Made by a program: the position numbers and the translations under genes. Below are positions 1-11,440 of a stretch of DNA of 56,094 nucleotides, in pieces. The notes beneath the pieces are model-generated. The model did not search any database. It saw nothing but the letters and a program-made list of their open reading frames with translations, and was not told where the DNA came from. The DNA comes from Saprolegnia diclina VS20 (lineage: Eukaryota): NCBI RefSeq assembly GCF_000281045.1, contig NW_008246077.1:216675-272768 (forward strand), read 5' to 3'. Every line of letters begins with the position of its first letter. Within the stretch, counting starts at the first letter, position 1.

Positions 1-1744
1 TTGGAATGAGTCTATTGAGATATTATCCTGGTACAAGCTGGTTCGGATATGAACCGGACGTTACAGTCTAATTTTCTAACTCGGCGCTGAAAGCTCCGTG
101 AAGGCTGCAACTTGGTATGCCCACGAGATATAAAATTAGATTCATGTATCATGTGCAGGTTGCATGGGATTCCGGTCTCACCGAAGCGCAAATACGATAA
201 TTACATTTACAGGTCGTTGGCAGACGTGTTGGGGGTGTATATATCGTCGTGTAGGACCTAATGAAGCATGGAATACGAAGCCTGGTACACTTTGGATCGA
301 TCGTCTTGGAAAAGACCTCCTAGAATATGGTTTGCATGCCCCCACTACTTGCTTGCATCCCGAGAGATGGCAGTTGCAATGATGGCCGAGCACTCCAACA
401 GCGACGATAACACATTTCGGGCGGTTTCGTACCCTTAAACGTGGCAAAACGCCAATATTAGGCATTTTACCACATTTTAATAGACCTCGACCACGGCGGG
501 CCGAGTGGCGTACTGCAAGACGCGGAAGGCGTGGCACGCGCTTGCGCAGACCCGCATTGGTGGGGGGAAGCGCGTAAGCCACTACTGTCCGTGGCGCAAG
601 GACAAGGAAGTCGCGCTCCTCGACGCCGCCACGTGCATCCACATCGGCATCCACACGTCCGGCGCGTCTCGGGGCCGTCAAGTAGCCGTCCAGAGAAGCG
701 CAGCGGGAATCGACGCGTGTACAAGCATTGGCGCAAAGCGCTTCAGCTGACGAAGATGTCGTTCGAAGCGTGGCAGACGGAGCCGCTTCTCCGAGGCGTT
801 GCGTCGCCCCACGATCTGCCGCCGAGCGCCAAGGTCCAGCTGGACTGCAAGTACGGTGGTCACAAGCGCGACCGCAACTTGATCGCGAGAGTGGTCACGA
901 AGCAGCGGCAGATTGACGATCTCAAGCTTGAAGTGCTGCAGCACGAGTCGCGGATCGAACTGCTGGCAGAGCACCTCAAAGCCAACTGGTACGACGGTAT
1001 TTGCCTTCGCCAAGTCGATCTTGAAGCGATCGAACATGCCCGGGGTCACGCCGACGATGTCGACCAAGTACGTCTCGCTTCGCACCACGCGCAGATGCGC
1101 GAGGAGGACGCGAGCGCACATGAGAGCGTACGGAGCCATGGTCTGCGGCGCGATACCGCCGGCAGAGTCTCAACGGGACATCGACCGCGCCTCGCGGACG
1201 TACAAGTGCCATCGGAACATCGTTGGCACCTCGTCAGCGTTCATTGCTGCGGCTGCACGCTAATTTAATTCCATACAAAAATGCATATGCTTTTATTCAT
1301 TTGAGTTTATTATTAATAGCCAATAAAATGCCGACTTAGAGCATCTCCACCCGTCCACGCTATTTGGACACGCCAACGCAATTTTTATGTTGGCGAATTC
1401 AGTGCGCCAGATTTAAATAGAGGGCTAGAATTGCGTTTTATAAGAAGCACCACCAACGGTACACGCAATTTCCGCCCACTGGATTTTCGCGCCCATGCAG
1501 AACGGCGATGCAGGCGCAAGCGCGACCGAGCCTGACCTCGTGGACTCGGACTGCAGAGATGACGAGACGGTGAAGACTATTTCACGCACGTCGTGCCATC
1601 GACGAGTGCCGCGACCAAGTGCAAGCGGTTGGCTAACAGGGACCGCAGGCGCGCGCGGTCTGCAAACGCTGGTTGAAGACTGATTGAGCTCCGCGGAGAA
1701 GGAACCAACGAACTCTGACGATCATTTTCGCTCACCTTCGGTTC

Positions 1745-1918
1745 AGTCAAGAAGGGAGCTTCTTGGTAGGTTTCGCCGCCTATCATGGCTCATCACTGCC
1801 CACCGTTTGTCACTCGGCGTGTGGGGTTTTGCATGCGTCGCCTCAAGGGATTAGCCCTTGGCGATGACGTTTTCCCCACACACACTAGACCAGCGAGAGC
1901 CGACTCGCACACCCACAG
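1745..1918 (+). repeat. Partial LTR copy (5' end, runs into assembly gap)
   Basis: Starts AGTCAAGAAGGGAGC like the other LTR copies, with a few substitutions/indels. Preceded by GGTTC. Confidence 0.9.
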
Positions 1919-2018
1919 NNNNNNNNNNNNNNNNNNNNNNNNNNNNNNNNNNNNNNNNNNNNNNNNNNNNNNNNNNNNNNNNNNNNNNNNNNNNNNNNNN
2001 NNNNNNNNNNNNNNNNNN
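1919..2018. other. Assembly gap (100 N)
   Basis: Run of N. Confidence 1.
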
Positions 2019-2065
2019 GTGACGTGGCTACTGGGATACACACCTCTCAAGGTCGAACCACGGCG

Positions 2066-2108
2066 ACCCGTAAGCTGCCGTCAACTTCCACCAAATATTC
2101 ATAGAACT
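2066..2108. repeat. 43-bp terminus of a second repeat family (copy 1)
   Basis: ACCCGTAAGCTGCCGTCAACTTCCACCAAATATTCATAGAACT, identical to 8794-8836. Confidence 0.85.
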
Positions 2109-2580
2109 AGTCAAGAAGGGAGCTTCTTGGTAGGTTTCGCCGCCTATCATGGCTCATCACTGCCCACCGTTTTTCACTCGGCGTGTGGGGTTTTGCATGC
2201 GTCGCCTCAAGGGATTAGCCCTTGGCGATGACGTTTTCCCCACACACACTAGACCAGCGAGAGCCGACTCGCACACCCACAGCTAACCGGTTAGCTGAAC
2301 CGGTTAGCTAGCCGGATCATCTAACCGATTTCGTCAATCGGTTAGCCAGCCCTGCTCTCACCGGCAGCCCACTCTCTCAGGGCTTGGTCGCACAACGTCG
2401 AGGCTACTGCAAGCCCATCGCTGCAGACCCAGACTTGTGCGTCTAGACACGCACAGCCACGCTCAGCCACCAGTCTCGGCTGTCCCCGCTTTGCTAATAT
2501 ACACCGAGCCTGGTCAGCTCACTTCCTCTTTTGGTTTCCCGACCACAAGTGCTTTTCTCGTGTGTTCTCCCATCGCAACT
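2109..2580 (+). repeat. 5' LTR (472 bp)
   Basis: Near-identical to 7336-7807 (about 4 substitutions seen by eye). Begins AGTCAAG, ends CGCAACT. Confidence 0.95.
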
Positions 2581-2592
2581 GGTTATGGCCCA
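2581..2592 (+). promoter_or_regulatory. Primer-binding site, half-tRNA(iMet) (copia/Hemivirus) type
   Basis: GGTTATGGCCCA directly after the LTR. It resembles the Drosophila copia PBS GGTTATGGGCCCAG (complementary to the tRNAiMet anticodon arm) but is one base shorter. Confidence 0.7.
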
Positions 2593-2652
2593 CATCAACG
2601 CTTCCGCTGCTGCTCCGACGTCCGTCGTCTCTCTCCGTACGCGCCCTACGGT

Positions 2653-5600
2653 ATGGTAGACCCGAACATGGCCTACGGTCCTTATGGTCACCACGCGCCA
2701 CCTGCATATGCCCATGGCTACGGCCCCGCGCCTCCGGGCCATGTATTGGCGATGCCCCAAGCGGCCCCCGGCTATTTTCCTTCGCGTCCAGACGACCAAG
2801 GTCGTCGCGGCCGTTCTCCCGAACGTCGCGACACGCACGGACGCGAGCGTACTCGCTCCCGCGACCGCAGCCAAGCCAACGGTTCTAACCGTGACGACGA
2901 CTCCAACCGCTCGCGCACCCGCGCTCGTAGCTCTAGTCGTGACCGTAACATGACTAACAACAATGTTCGTCAGTACTCCCTGTCTTCTAGTTCTTTGGAT
3001 CAAGCTACAGAGCTTTCTGTGTATGGAGACACTTTGGAGAACATAAGCTCTGCGCATAAGGACTTTGCGCTCATGGAGCACCCTACCGGCTACGCTTACA
3101 GCGACGCCATGGAGACTTTGCCCTCGGCATTGTCTGCCGTCTTTAATTGGACACCGTCCACGGCTGATGCGACTACACCATCGCATCTTTCCGCCTCACA
3201 CGCGGTTGACCTGTCTCGCATTCGCGACGACCTACTCTCTGCATCGCTATTGCGCTCTGCGGGAGGCATGACTCTCAATGGCAAAGAGCCATCTGAGGCG
3301 CACCAAGCCACGTTTGCTTGGACGATCGATAGTGGCGCTTCTCGCCACTCGACGTTTCATCGCGATTGGTTTATCACGTATGAACCATGCGAGGAGTTTA
3401 TCGGCGTGGCTGATGGCGCTGCATTGCGCATCCACGGCCGCGGTACTGTGCGTTTGCACTTCCAACTCCCCACCGGTGGCGTAGTTCCCGTGCTCTTGCA
3501 CGACGCCTGCTACATCCCGGATCTGAAATTTAATTTCTATTCGATGCGTTCTGGTCTCGTCCTTGACGGCCACCGCATCCAGGTCAACGCCAACGCCATC
3601 ACGATCCGCGTCTCTCCGACGGCGATCATCACGGCGACGTCTGACCCTATCTCTGGCCTCTTCGTGTGCCATCCTCTACCCGAGGCGCTCTCGGAGCCTA
3701 GTCTCCTAGCTGCGCGCTCGAGTATCGAGCAGTCGATGACTTGGCATCAACGCCTCGGGCACCCTAGCCCTGCTAATCTTCAGCAGCTAGGTAAAAGTGT
3801 CAAAGTTCTCGACTTTCCTATGTCGTCGCAAGCCGTTAAGGCTCACGCCGCATGCGATGCATGTCTGCGCGCGAAATCGAAGGTCCTACCCTTCTCGAAA
3901 AATTCCCTTCCGCCGACTACTCGGCCGTTGGAACGCGTCCACACGGACATTTGGGGCCCTCTCGACGTCCCCACAATGTCCGGTGCGCGATATTTCGTCT
4001 CCTTTATCGACGACTTTACGCGGTACACTTTTACGTACCTGCTTTCCCGCCGCGCATTATTGCCGGAGGCCTACGAGTCGTTTCGCCAAGACTCTCGCCT
4101 TCGCTTCGGCGACGAGGTCACAGACCTGTACTACCACCACGCACCGGCGCATCCTCATGATGCGATCCGCGTCCTCCAAATGGACAATGCGAAGGAGTAC
4201 GAGGCCCTTGGCCGGCTCATTGAGCGCAAATACGGCACTAAGGCCTATTTCACCAATGCGTACACGCCTACGCAGAACCCCGTCGCTGAACGACGCATGG
4301 GTATCTTGGTGACGAAAATGCGTGCGATGCTAATCCATGGCAACTTGCCGCATTACCTTTGGGGCGAAGCGCTCGCTCATGCGACCCTTCTCGTAAATGC
4401 CTCGCCATCTACGACCCTCAAAGGTGACACACCTTATCGGGCTTGGCACAACTGCCATCCCGACTACGCGCGCTTTCGCGTCTTTGGGTGCACCGCATAC
4501 GCGAACCTCACCGCGAATCATCGCGCGAATAAGCTCTCGGACCGAGCTATCCGGTGCATGTTCATTGGCTTGCCATCACATCACCTTGGATTTAAACTCC
4601 TCAACCTCGACACGCACTATGTTCTCTATAGTCGCGATGTTCGGTTTATTGAGACGGAATTTCCGGTCCCTAAGGATCCTGCGCTTGTCGCGGCGCTCAA
4701 ACGCGAGTCGCCGCGCCGCAACTGCTTTACAGTCGATCCTCGGCCGTCTATCCCGTTGGCAACATTCCGGGAGGCGTTGCCGCCCTTCCGGGAGGCTCTG
4801 CAACACGTCCAGCAGTCCACGACTTGGGCCGTCGCTGCACCCTCCACGGCCACGGTGCCTACTACGTGGCAGCCTCCGGGCTCTACGACCGTGACCAACA
4901 CTCCTCGCGTATCGCGTCATGAACCGACCCCGGGTCCACGACCTGTTCGGTCGTGCTTGCGCCCAGCGCTCGACGGTACCGACGGGCCACCTGTCCCTAC
5001 GACGGTGCTCGTCTCGTCGACGTCTGCCGGCAGCGTACCCGAGACCGCAGCTCCGACGCCCAACTCCTTCGATTGGCGCGCCGCGTGCGTTGCACCGCGC
5101 TCGCAGGTCTACCCTGCACGCCAGCTGCGTTTCGCGAATGACGTGTATGACTACCCAACGGGTAATATTATTAATATCCACTCCGAGACGCCTCTGCCTT
5201 ACAAAGGCATGCTCCGGATCGATGGTCATAGTGGAGTCCCTCAATTGACCACCACTCACCAGCCTACGGCTCGTGCTCTCGCGCAAGTTATGGATTCGCG
5301 CCCGACCCTGTCGGCCATTTCCCTTCGCGATGGTGTTCTCTTGATCTCCTACTCGGGACCCGATCCTTCAACGCATGAGGATTCGGACGACTCTACCCCG
5401 ATCCATATTCTGGCGGCTCTGGCCAACATGGCTAACGACGAGCCTCAGAACTTTAATAGTGCCATGCGCACGCCCGAGCACGCAGAATGGTTTAAAGCCA
5501 TGCTCGAGGAGCTCCATGCTCATGATGAAAACGGCTCATTCGAGCACGCTACCCTGCCACCTGGCGCCTCTGTTCTAGGCATGCGCTGGGTTTATAAGCG

Positions 5601-7033
5601 CAAATATGACGACGCCGTGACTGAGGCTGCTCGTCGCGTAGCACGCTACAAAGCGCGCCTCGTCATCCAGGGTAACCGTCAGGTCCATGGAGTTGACTAT
5701 GATGAGAGCTATGCTCCGGTCATTCGCAAAGAGGTGCTTCGCGCCCTCCTCACCTTTGCCGCGGTCAACAATTACGAAATCCACGGAATGGATGTAATTA
5801 CCGCTTTTCTTAACGGCAAAATTGACCGTGTCATTTACGTCCGTTATCCCCCGGGATTCAACGCTGGGCTCCCGGCCAACGCGGTCCTTCGCGTCCTCCG
5901 GAGCGTCTACGGCCTCAAGCAGTCGCCGTACCTTTGGTACCAGACCCTCGTCGAGTACCTCACGTCGCAAGGCTACAAACGCCTCATCAAAGACCGTTGT
6001 GTCTTTACAAAAATTATCGACGGAAAACCCGTCTTCATCGGCGTCTACGTCGATGACATCCTGATCATTGCCCCTACGCCGGCGATCACGGATGGAATTA
6101 AGGACATGCTCCGTGCTCGGTTCAAGATGCACGATCTCGGGGAACTCACGTACATCCTCGGGATCCACATCACTCGCAACCGGGACCAACGGACGCTCAC
6201 CATGCATCAGTCGCAATATGCCACTTCGGTTTTGCGCCGGTTCGGTTACGGTAACTGCAACCCCGTCAAAACACCGATGGAACACAACTTGCGTCTTTCT
6301 ACGACCATGTGCCCCTCGACGGAGGAGGAGACAAAGGAAATGGTCCACAAAAATTACCGAGCCGTCGTTGGTAGCCTCATGTACCTCATGATTTGCACCC
6401 GACCGGATCTCGCGTACCTTGTACAACAACTGAGCCAGTTTCTCGTGAACCCTGGCCCGAAGCACTGGGATGCTGCCGTCCGCGGACTGCGCTACCTCCG
6501 AGGCACCGTAGACTACGGAATCACTCTCGGAGGAGCGTACGATCCTGCTACGCCTCTTTATGCGTTTGCAGACTCGGACTATGCCAACTGCGTGGATAGT
6601 CGCCGTTGCGTCGGTGGTTTCATCACGTACTTCTACAACTCCCCTATCTCTTGGGTCGCCAAGAAGATGCGGACCGTTGTGCTCTCCACTACGGAAGCTG
6701 AACTTATGATCCTCTGCTCTTTGGTGCAGGAGTGCCTCTACCTGAAGCATCTCCTCGCGGAAATGGGCTTCCCCATCCGTGACGCTATCCCTCTATTCGA
6801 GGATAACCAAAGCACGATCAATCTCGTACAAAATACCGAGATCCATGGTCGCTCGAAACACATCGATGTTCGCTACCATTTTATTCAAGAGCTTGTTGAG
6901 CAGCAAGTATTTAAAGTCCACCACGTGGCATCCGCCGATCAAATCGCGGATATCTTTACCAAAGCACTACCTGATGCTACATTTTTTTAACCTGCGCACG
7001 CGCCTCCGCGTTGCGTCCACTTCCTCTGCTTAG
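2653..7033 (+). CDS. pol: Copia pol polyprotein (protease, integrase, reverse transcriptase, RNase H), with a 1-bp frameshift near the C-terminus
   Basis: Protease WTIDSGASRH; integrase Zn finger WHQRLGHP...CDAC; integrase core HTDIWGP/FIDDFTRY/MDNAKEY/QNPVAER; RT YKARLV/MDVITAFL/YGLKQS/YVDD; RNase H ADSDYA/STTEAE/EDNQ/SKHIDVRYH/ADIFTKAL. A T7 run at 6982-6988 shifts off the usual tail (FFNLRTRL.., stop 7033). Confidence 0.95.
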
Positions 7034-7335
7034 CTCAGAGCTCGCGTCGCGCCGCGATGCGAGGGCGTCGGCCAGATCCCCGGCTTGCTCCCGCCAATCA
7101 CGCGCCGTGTACCTCCTGTCGGCCGGCAGGAGGCGTGCGGCTCCTACCGTGCGGGGGCAGACACATCACCAGAGTAAGCCGACTTGAAATGTTTCTGGGC
7201 GTGCGACTGCAGCGCACGTTCCGGGGCAGAATAGAGCGGACACTCGCTGAAGGGTGGTCGAAGGGATCGCAGGTCAGTGTCGCAGTGGTCTTACGCTGCG
7301 ACTTGACCTAGCCACGCTAGCCAGCTCAGGGAGGC

Positions 7336-7807
7336 AGTCAAGAAGGGAGCTTCTTGGTAGGTTTCGCCGCCTATCATGGCTCATCACTGCCCACCGTTTT
7401 TCACTCGGCGTGTGGGGTTTTGCATGCGTCGCCTCAAGGGATTAGCCCTTGGCGATGACGTTTTCCCCACACACACTAGACCAGCGAGAGCCGACTCGCA
7501 CACCCACAGCTAACCGGTTAGCTGAACCGGTGAGATAGCCGGATCATCTAACCGATTTCGTCAATTGGTTAGCCAGCCCTGCTCTCACCGGCAGCCCACT
7601 CTCTCAGGGCTTGGTCGCACAACGTCGAGGCTACTGCAAGCTCATCGCTGCAGACCCAGACTTGTGCGTCTAGACACGCACAGCCACGCTCAGCCACCAG
7701 TCTCGGCTGTCCCCGCTTTGCTAATATACACCGAGCCTGGTCAGCTCACTTCCTCTTTTGGTTTCCCGACCACAAGTGCTTTTCTCGTGTGTTCTCCCAT
7801 CGCAACT
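7336..7807 (+). repeat. 3' LTR (472 bp)
   Basis: Direct repeat of 2109-2580, preceded by the purine tract and followed by GGTTC. Confidence 0.95.
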
Positions 7808-8693
7808 GGTTCTATCGACTACGGCGTCACGGAGTACCGCATTTGTTATATGAAGTTTTTGTATACTATAATTAATTCAAGTTTTCTTGAAACTGGCGTG
7901 GTCGGATTGCGGGTGCCTCCGACTCGCTATAGCGGGGCCCATCTGGCGAGTCGGAGGTCGAAAATCTGCGTGCCCGCAATTCCGAAATTGCGTTGGCGGG
8001 TCAAATAGCGTGTCCGGTGGGGGTGTTTTTTTTGCTCACACGCTATTTTTTTTGAGAAAATTGCGATAGCGTGCCAAATGGCGAGACCGGTGGAGATGCT
8101 CTTAATCAAAAAAGCTTCTTCGCCGAACCAGCTTGTAGGAACGTTTACGTGGTGTACCAGCATCCCAGGGGATTAATTCGTATTTTCTGGCCAACCCATT
8201 GGATATTATACAAGCCATTTTGGCCAATGAAACACATTGATCTAAGCTAATCGGATTGCGCGAAACGTGTCTAGTTAAGTGCGGTTTTGGTGTCCCCGTA
8301 AAGTGCTGTCCATCTTCAGGACGTTATAGTTGATTAAAGTATTGCAATTGCGCTAAAGTGCGCCTGCGTACTTCACCGAAAATCACGCAACTTTCCGATT
8401 AGGTGCGATTTCAGAAGCGCGCGAAGACTGCAGCAAGCGACGACGGCGCGTTGGCCCGGAAAAGTCTGCGCACCGCAGCGCAGCGAAGGTCGAGCGTTGA
8501 CTTTTGTGTAGGCCAACGCGCCGTCGTCGCAATACCGTTAATCAACGCTTCGCATTCAATACAAAAGTTCCTACCAGCTCACCCCGGAAGGGACCTGTTT
8601 TCCTACACGTCCACAATTCGTATTGCATTGCTGCAGCTGCTTGCAGTGTCCTTTGAATTGTACTAGTACGAGCTTTGTGTATTGAAACCTTCG

Positions 8694-8793
8694 NNNNNNN
8701 NNNNNNNNNNNNNNNNNNNNNNNNNNNNNNNNNNNNNNNNNNNNNNNNNNNNNNNNNNNNNNNNNNNNNNNNNNNNNNNNNNNNNNNNNNNNN
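8694..8793. other. Assembly gap (100 N)
   Basis: Run of N. Confidence 1.
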
Positions 8794-8836
8794 ACCCGTA
8801 AGCTGCCGTCAACTTCCACCAAATATTCATAGAACT
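8794..8836. repeat. 43-bp terminus of a second repeat family (copy 2)
   Basis: Identical to 2066-2108, directly after a gap. Confidence 0.85.
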
Positions 8837-9591
8837 CGTGCGAAAGATGGTGTCATTATCATCATCGCTCGACTAAACGACTAGGGTACCACGCACTACC
8901 GGTATTGTTCTTCTGCAAGTGTCCACGTGATCCGGTCCATGCAGCCATGCATGGCTCTCTTGCCTTGGTGACGGGTGCAGCCCCGCTCATGCGCGGCAAG
9001 GCCGTGTCGGTCGCCACGCGCCGCGCCGTGTCACACCACCCTCGTCGTGGGCTCGACACTGATGCCCACCCGGCCGAGATAGAGTCATCATGGCCCTATC
9101 TTTGAACGGGGCCGGGCCCGGCAACTCTGTGGCCTCCGTCGCCCCTCCCGCCACCGCGGTTTTGATTATGAGGTGTCTGTTCCATGCAATCAACGGCAAG
9201 ATCCAGCGGCCGCATTCAAACCAAGAAGCGCCTCGTGCTAAGATTCCATACAAATATCAAGTGGGTGACGACGTTGATCGGGATAGTAACCTATTTAAAC
9301 CTATATACGGATGCAATGCCTTACGACAAGCCATCTATTACATTAGATAGTAACCATTTGAGACCGAGTCAAGGTATCGTGCTGTCTGTCACCTCGGCAT
9401 CTCAAATAAAGAAGACGTTTACGGAGGTTGAAGCCCATATGTCAACAAAACACTACGGACACGCGATTAAAAATGAGCGTTTATACTTGATATTTGTATG
9501 CAATGAAGCCTTTCTAGCATAAAATAAGCCTGCCCGTGTCGCGCTCGTTGTCAGAATTCAACTTGCGCTTGCGCCAACACCCCGTAGAGTT

Positions 9592-10402
9592 ATGACGATG
9601 CCGACCCAATCGCCGTTCTCGATCACGTCGATGCTCAATGACGACAGCTGCATGACGCACTGCCACGAAGACGACTTGTCCTCGGACGACTCGCAGACCA
9701 CACCGGACGCGCGGCCGCATGGCCGGAAGCGCCAGCGCGACTTGCAGCTCGTGACAACGCTGGCGAGCGAGGCCATGTCACTCGAGTCGACGTTGTGGAA
9801 GATGCGCCACGCTGTAAAGGAAAAGATGGAGGCCGCGACGGCCTGGGAGCGCTCGGCGCGCCTCGAGGCCATTGGCCGGCACACGCTGGAAGTTCAGCGC
9901 CGCAACCTGCAGCAAACGGTTGTCGCGCACTGCAAGGCGATCCACTCGCTGCAGTCGCACCTCCTCAAGTCGGCGACGCTCTCGTCGATCCCGATGAAGC
10001 GACCGCGACGACACTACTTTAGCCCATCGCCGCTGCCCGCGATCGAGCGCGACGACACGATCATCGATGCGTCCAAGCCACACGGCGCCGTCAAGATGGC
10101 ATCGCTCACGTCCGAAGCCAAGGAGCTCGTCTCGATGCGCTGCCAGCTCATCGAGCGGCTCGACCAAAAGGCTCGGGATGCGTCGCCTTGGGAGCTCAGT
10201 GCGCGGCAAGAGGTGGTACCTGGACTGTACGATGAGGATCTCATGGCATCGCTAGACGCTCGACATGCACTCGGCCCTTGTTGAGAACCGCAACTTGAAG
10301 GCGTGTCTGGAAGAATACATGAAGTACCTCACTGCGCTGCGCTTCATGCTGCTCAAGTGCCCTCTGGCCAACGACGAGGCCCTGACAACAACGACCATGT
10401 AA
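9592..10402 (+). CDS. Hypothetical coiled-coil protein with two copies of a bZIP-like W-E-x-S-A-R-x-E module (2 exons)
   Basis: ORF 9592-10212, GT-AG intron 10213-10255, exon 2 ending TTTTM* at 10402. Basic patch GRKRQR followed by heptad-like helices. Confidence 0.7.
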
Positions 10403-10456
10403 TCTGATGCTATAATTTACGCTGCACTTTGCAGGCTTTTTGATTGGATATCTATG

Positions 10457-11440
10457 CTACGGCTGTGGCGCCATGGTCGCGCCACGCTTCATGAAGTTGA
10501 CGCTGTCGTCGGCGTCAGCGTCGAGCTTGGGCATCTTGAACGAGAAGGTCGACATGCGTCCGAACGTCGTCGAGTGCGCGCGCTTCTTCTCGGGCGACGA
10601 GTCGGGGCCGCGGTAGTAACGCGGCGGCAGCGTCGGCATGTCTTGCAGGGTCGTCCACGTGGCTGCAACGTTCTTGTTCGTCATCTTGACCATGGGCGAG
10701 AACGCGTCATCCTCAAGCACTTCCTTCTTGATGTAGATAGGGGTTGTCGTAGACGGCGACGATGGCGCGGCGCGCAGAGGCGAGGCCATGCTCGAGGATG
10801 CCGACGCTCCGGGTGATGGCGACGACGGGAGAGGCGAGGACACTGGCGACGCGGTTGGCGTAGGTGCCAGTAGCATGCGTGCCGCCTGTCGCTTGGGCGT
10901 CACAACGGGTTCCGGCTCCGCCTCGATGGGCTCTTCCTTGATGACGACGTCTTCGTCGACCTTCTTGGGGCGAATCGTCTTGGGAGATGGCGATCTCGTC
11001 ACCACGGTCAATGGCGTCGCGGCGACGGGCGGCAGCGCGATGGGCCCAGGCGGCGGTGTCGAGAACGAGAACGACTTGATCTGGCCTAGCGTGCGCGAGA
11101 TCATGCGTCGTTTCTGTGGCGAGCTTCGCACGGTCTTGAAGTACTTGGGTGGCAGCGACGTCGCAGGCTCGGGCTTGACGCCGCCAATCTCCTGGTGCGT
11201 GAAACTCGCGTCCTTCTTGCGCAGACGCGGCGACGATGGCGGCGAGAACGGGCCAAACTCACAGAACGAGAGCGGCTCGAGGCTCATGGCGTCGAGACTG
11301 AACTCGTCCTTGAGGAAGCTGTCGTCGGCAAGGGTCGCGGACGGGCGAAAGATGTCGGCGCCAATGTCCATCTCGAGTTCGTCGACGTCGAGACCGAAGC
11401 CATCGTCAGCGTCATCGGTCGAGAGGTCCAGGAGCGACAT
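10457..11440 (-). CDS. Hypothetical Pro/Ser-rich disordered protein
   Basis: Uninterrupted ORF from MSLLDLSTDD with coding-like codon usage. Internal motif RTLGQIKSFSF / STTFGRMSTFSF is repeated. No recognised domain. Confidence 0.75.
   Translation of the reverse strand: MSLLDLSTDDADDGFGLDVDELEMDIGADIFRPSATLADDSFLKDEFSLDAMSLEPLSFCEFGPFSPPSSPRLRKKDASFTHQEIGGVKPEPATSLPPKYFKTVRSSPQKRRMISRTLGQIKSFSFSTPPPGPIALPPVAATPLTVVTRSPSPKTIRPKKVDEDVVIKEEPIEAEPEPVVTPKRQAARMLLAPTPTASPVSSPLPSSPSPGASASSSMASPLRAAPSSPSTTTPIYIKKEVLEDDAFSPMVKMTNKNVAATWTTLQDMPTLPPRYYRGPDSSPEKKRAHSTTFGRMSTFSFKMPKLDADADDSVNFMKRGATMAPQP

Larger units (their letters stand above)
1745..7807 (+). mobile_element. Ty1/Copia LTR retrotransposon
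   Basis: Direct LTR repeats, GGTTC duplicated at 1740-1744 and 7808-7812, PBS-like GGTTATGGCCC at 2581, purine tract AGGGAGG at 7328-7334, and pol ORF in PR-IN-RT-RH order. Confidence 0.95.
1339..8101. mobile_element. PIF/Harbinger (Tourist-like) non-autonomous element / MITE, about 0.7 kb, split by a nested Copia insertion
   Basis: Perfect 13-bp terminal inverted repeats GAGCATCTCCACC (1339-1351) and GGTGGAGATGCTC (8089-8101), imperfectly extending to about 45 bp. TTA on both sides (1336-1338, 8102-8104) is the 3-bp TSD typical of PIF/Harbinger. No transposase ORF. Confidence 0.85.

Noticed and set aside
2437..2652. ORF-track N-terminal extension of the Copia polyprotein (and its twin ORF at 7565-8008)
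   Set aside because: Starts at a GTG inside the LTR; this is open LTR sequence, not a credible eukaryotic start.
6981..6990. Programmed frameshift at ATTTTTTTAA
   Set aside because: It lies at the extreme end of RNase H; a homopolymer indel (mutation or sequencing error) is the simpler explanation.
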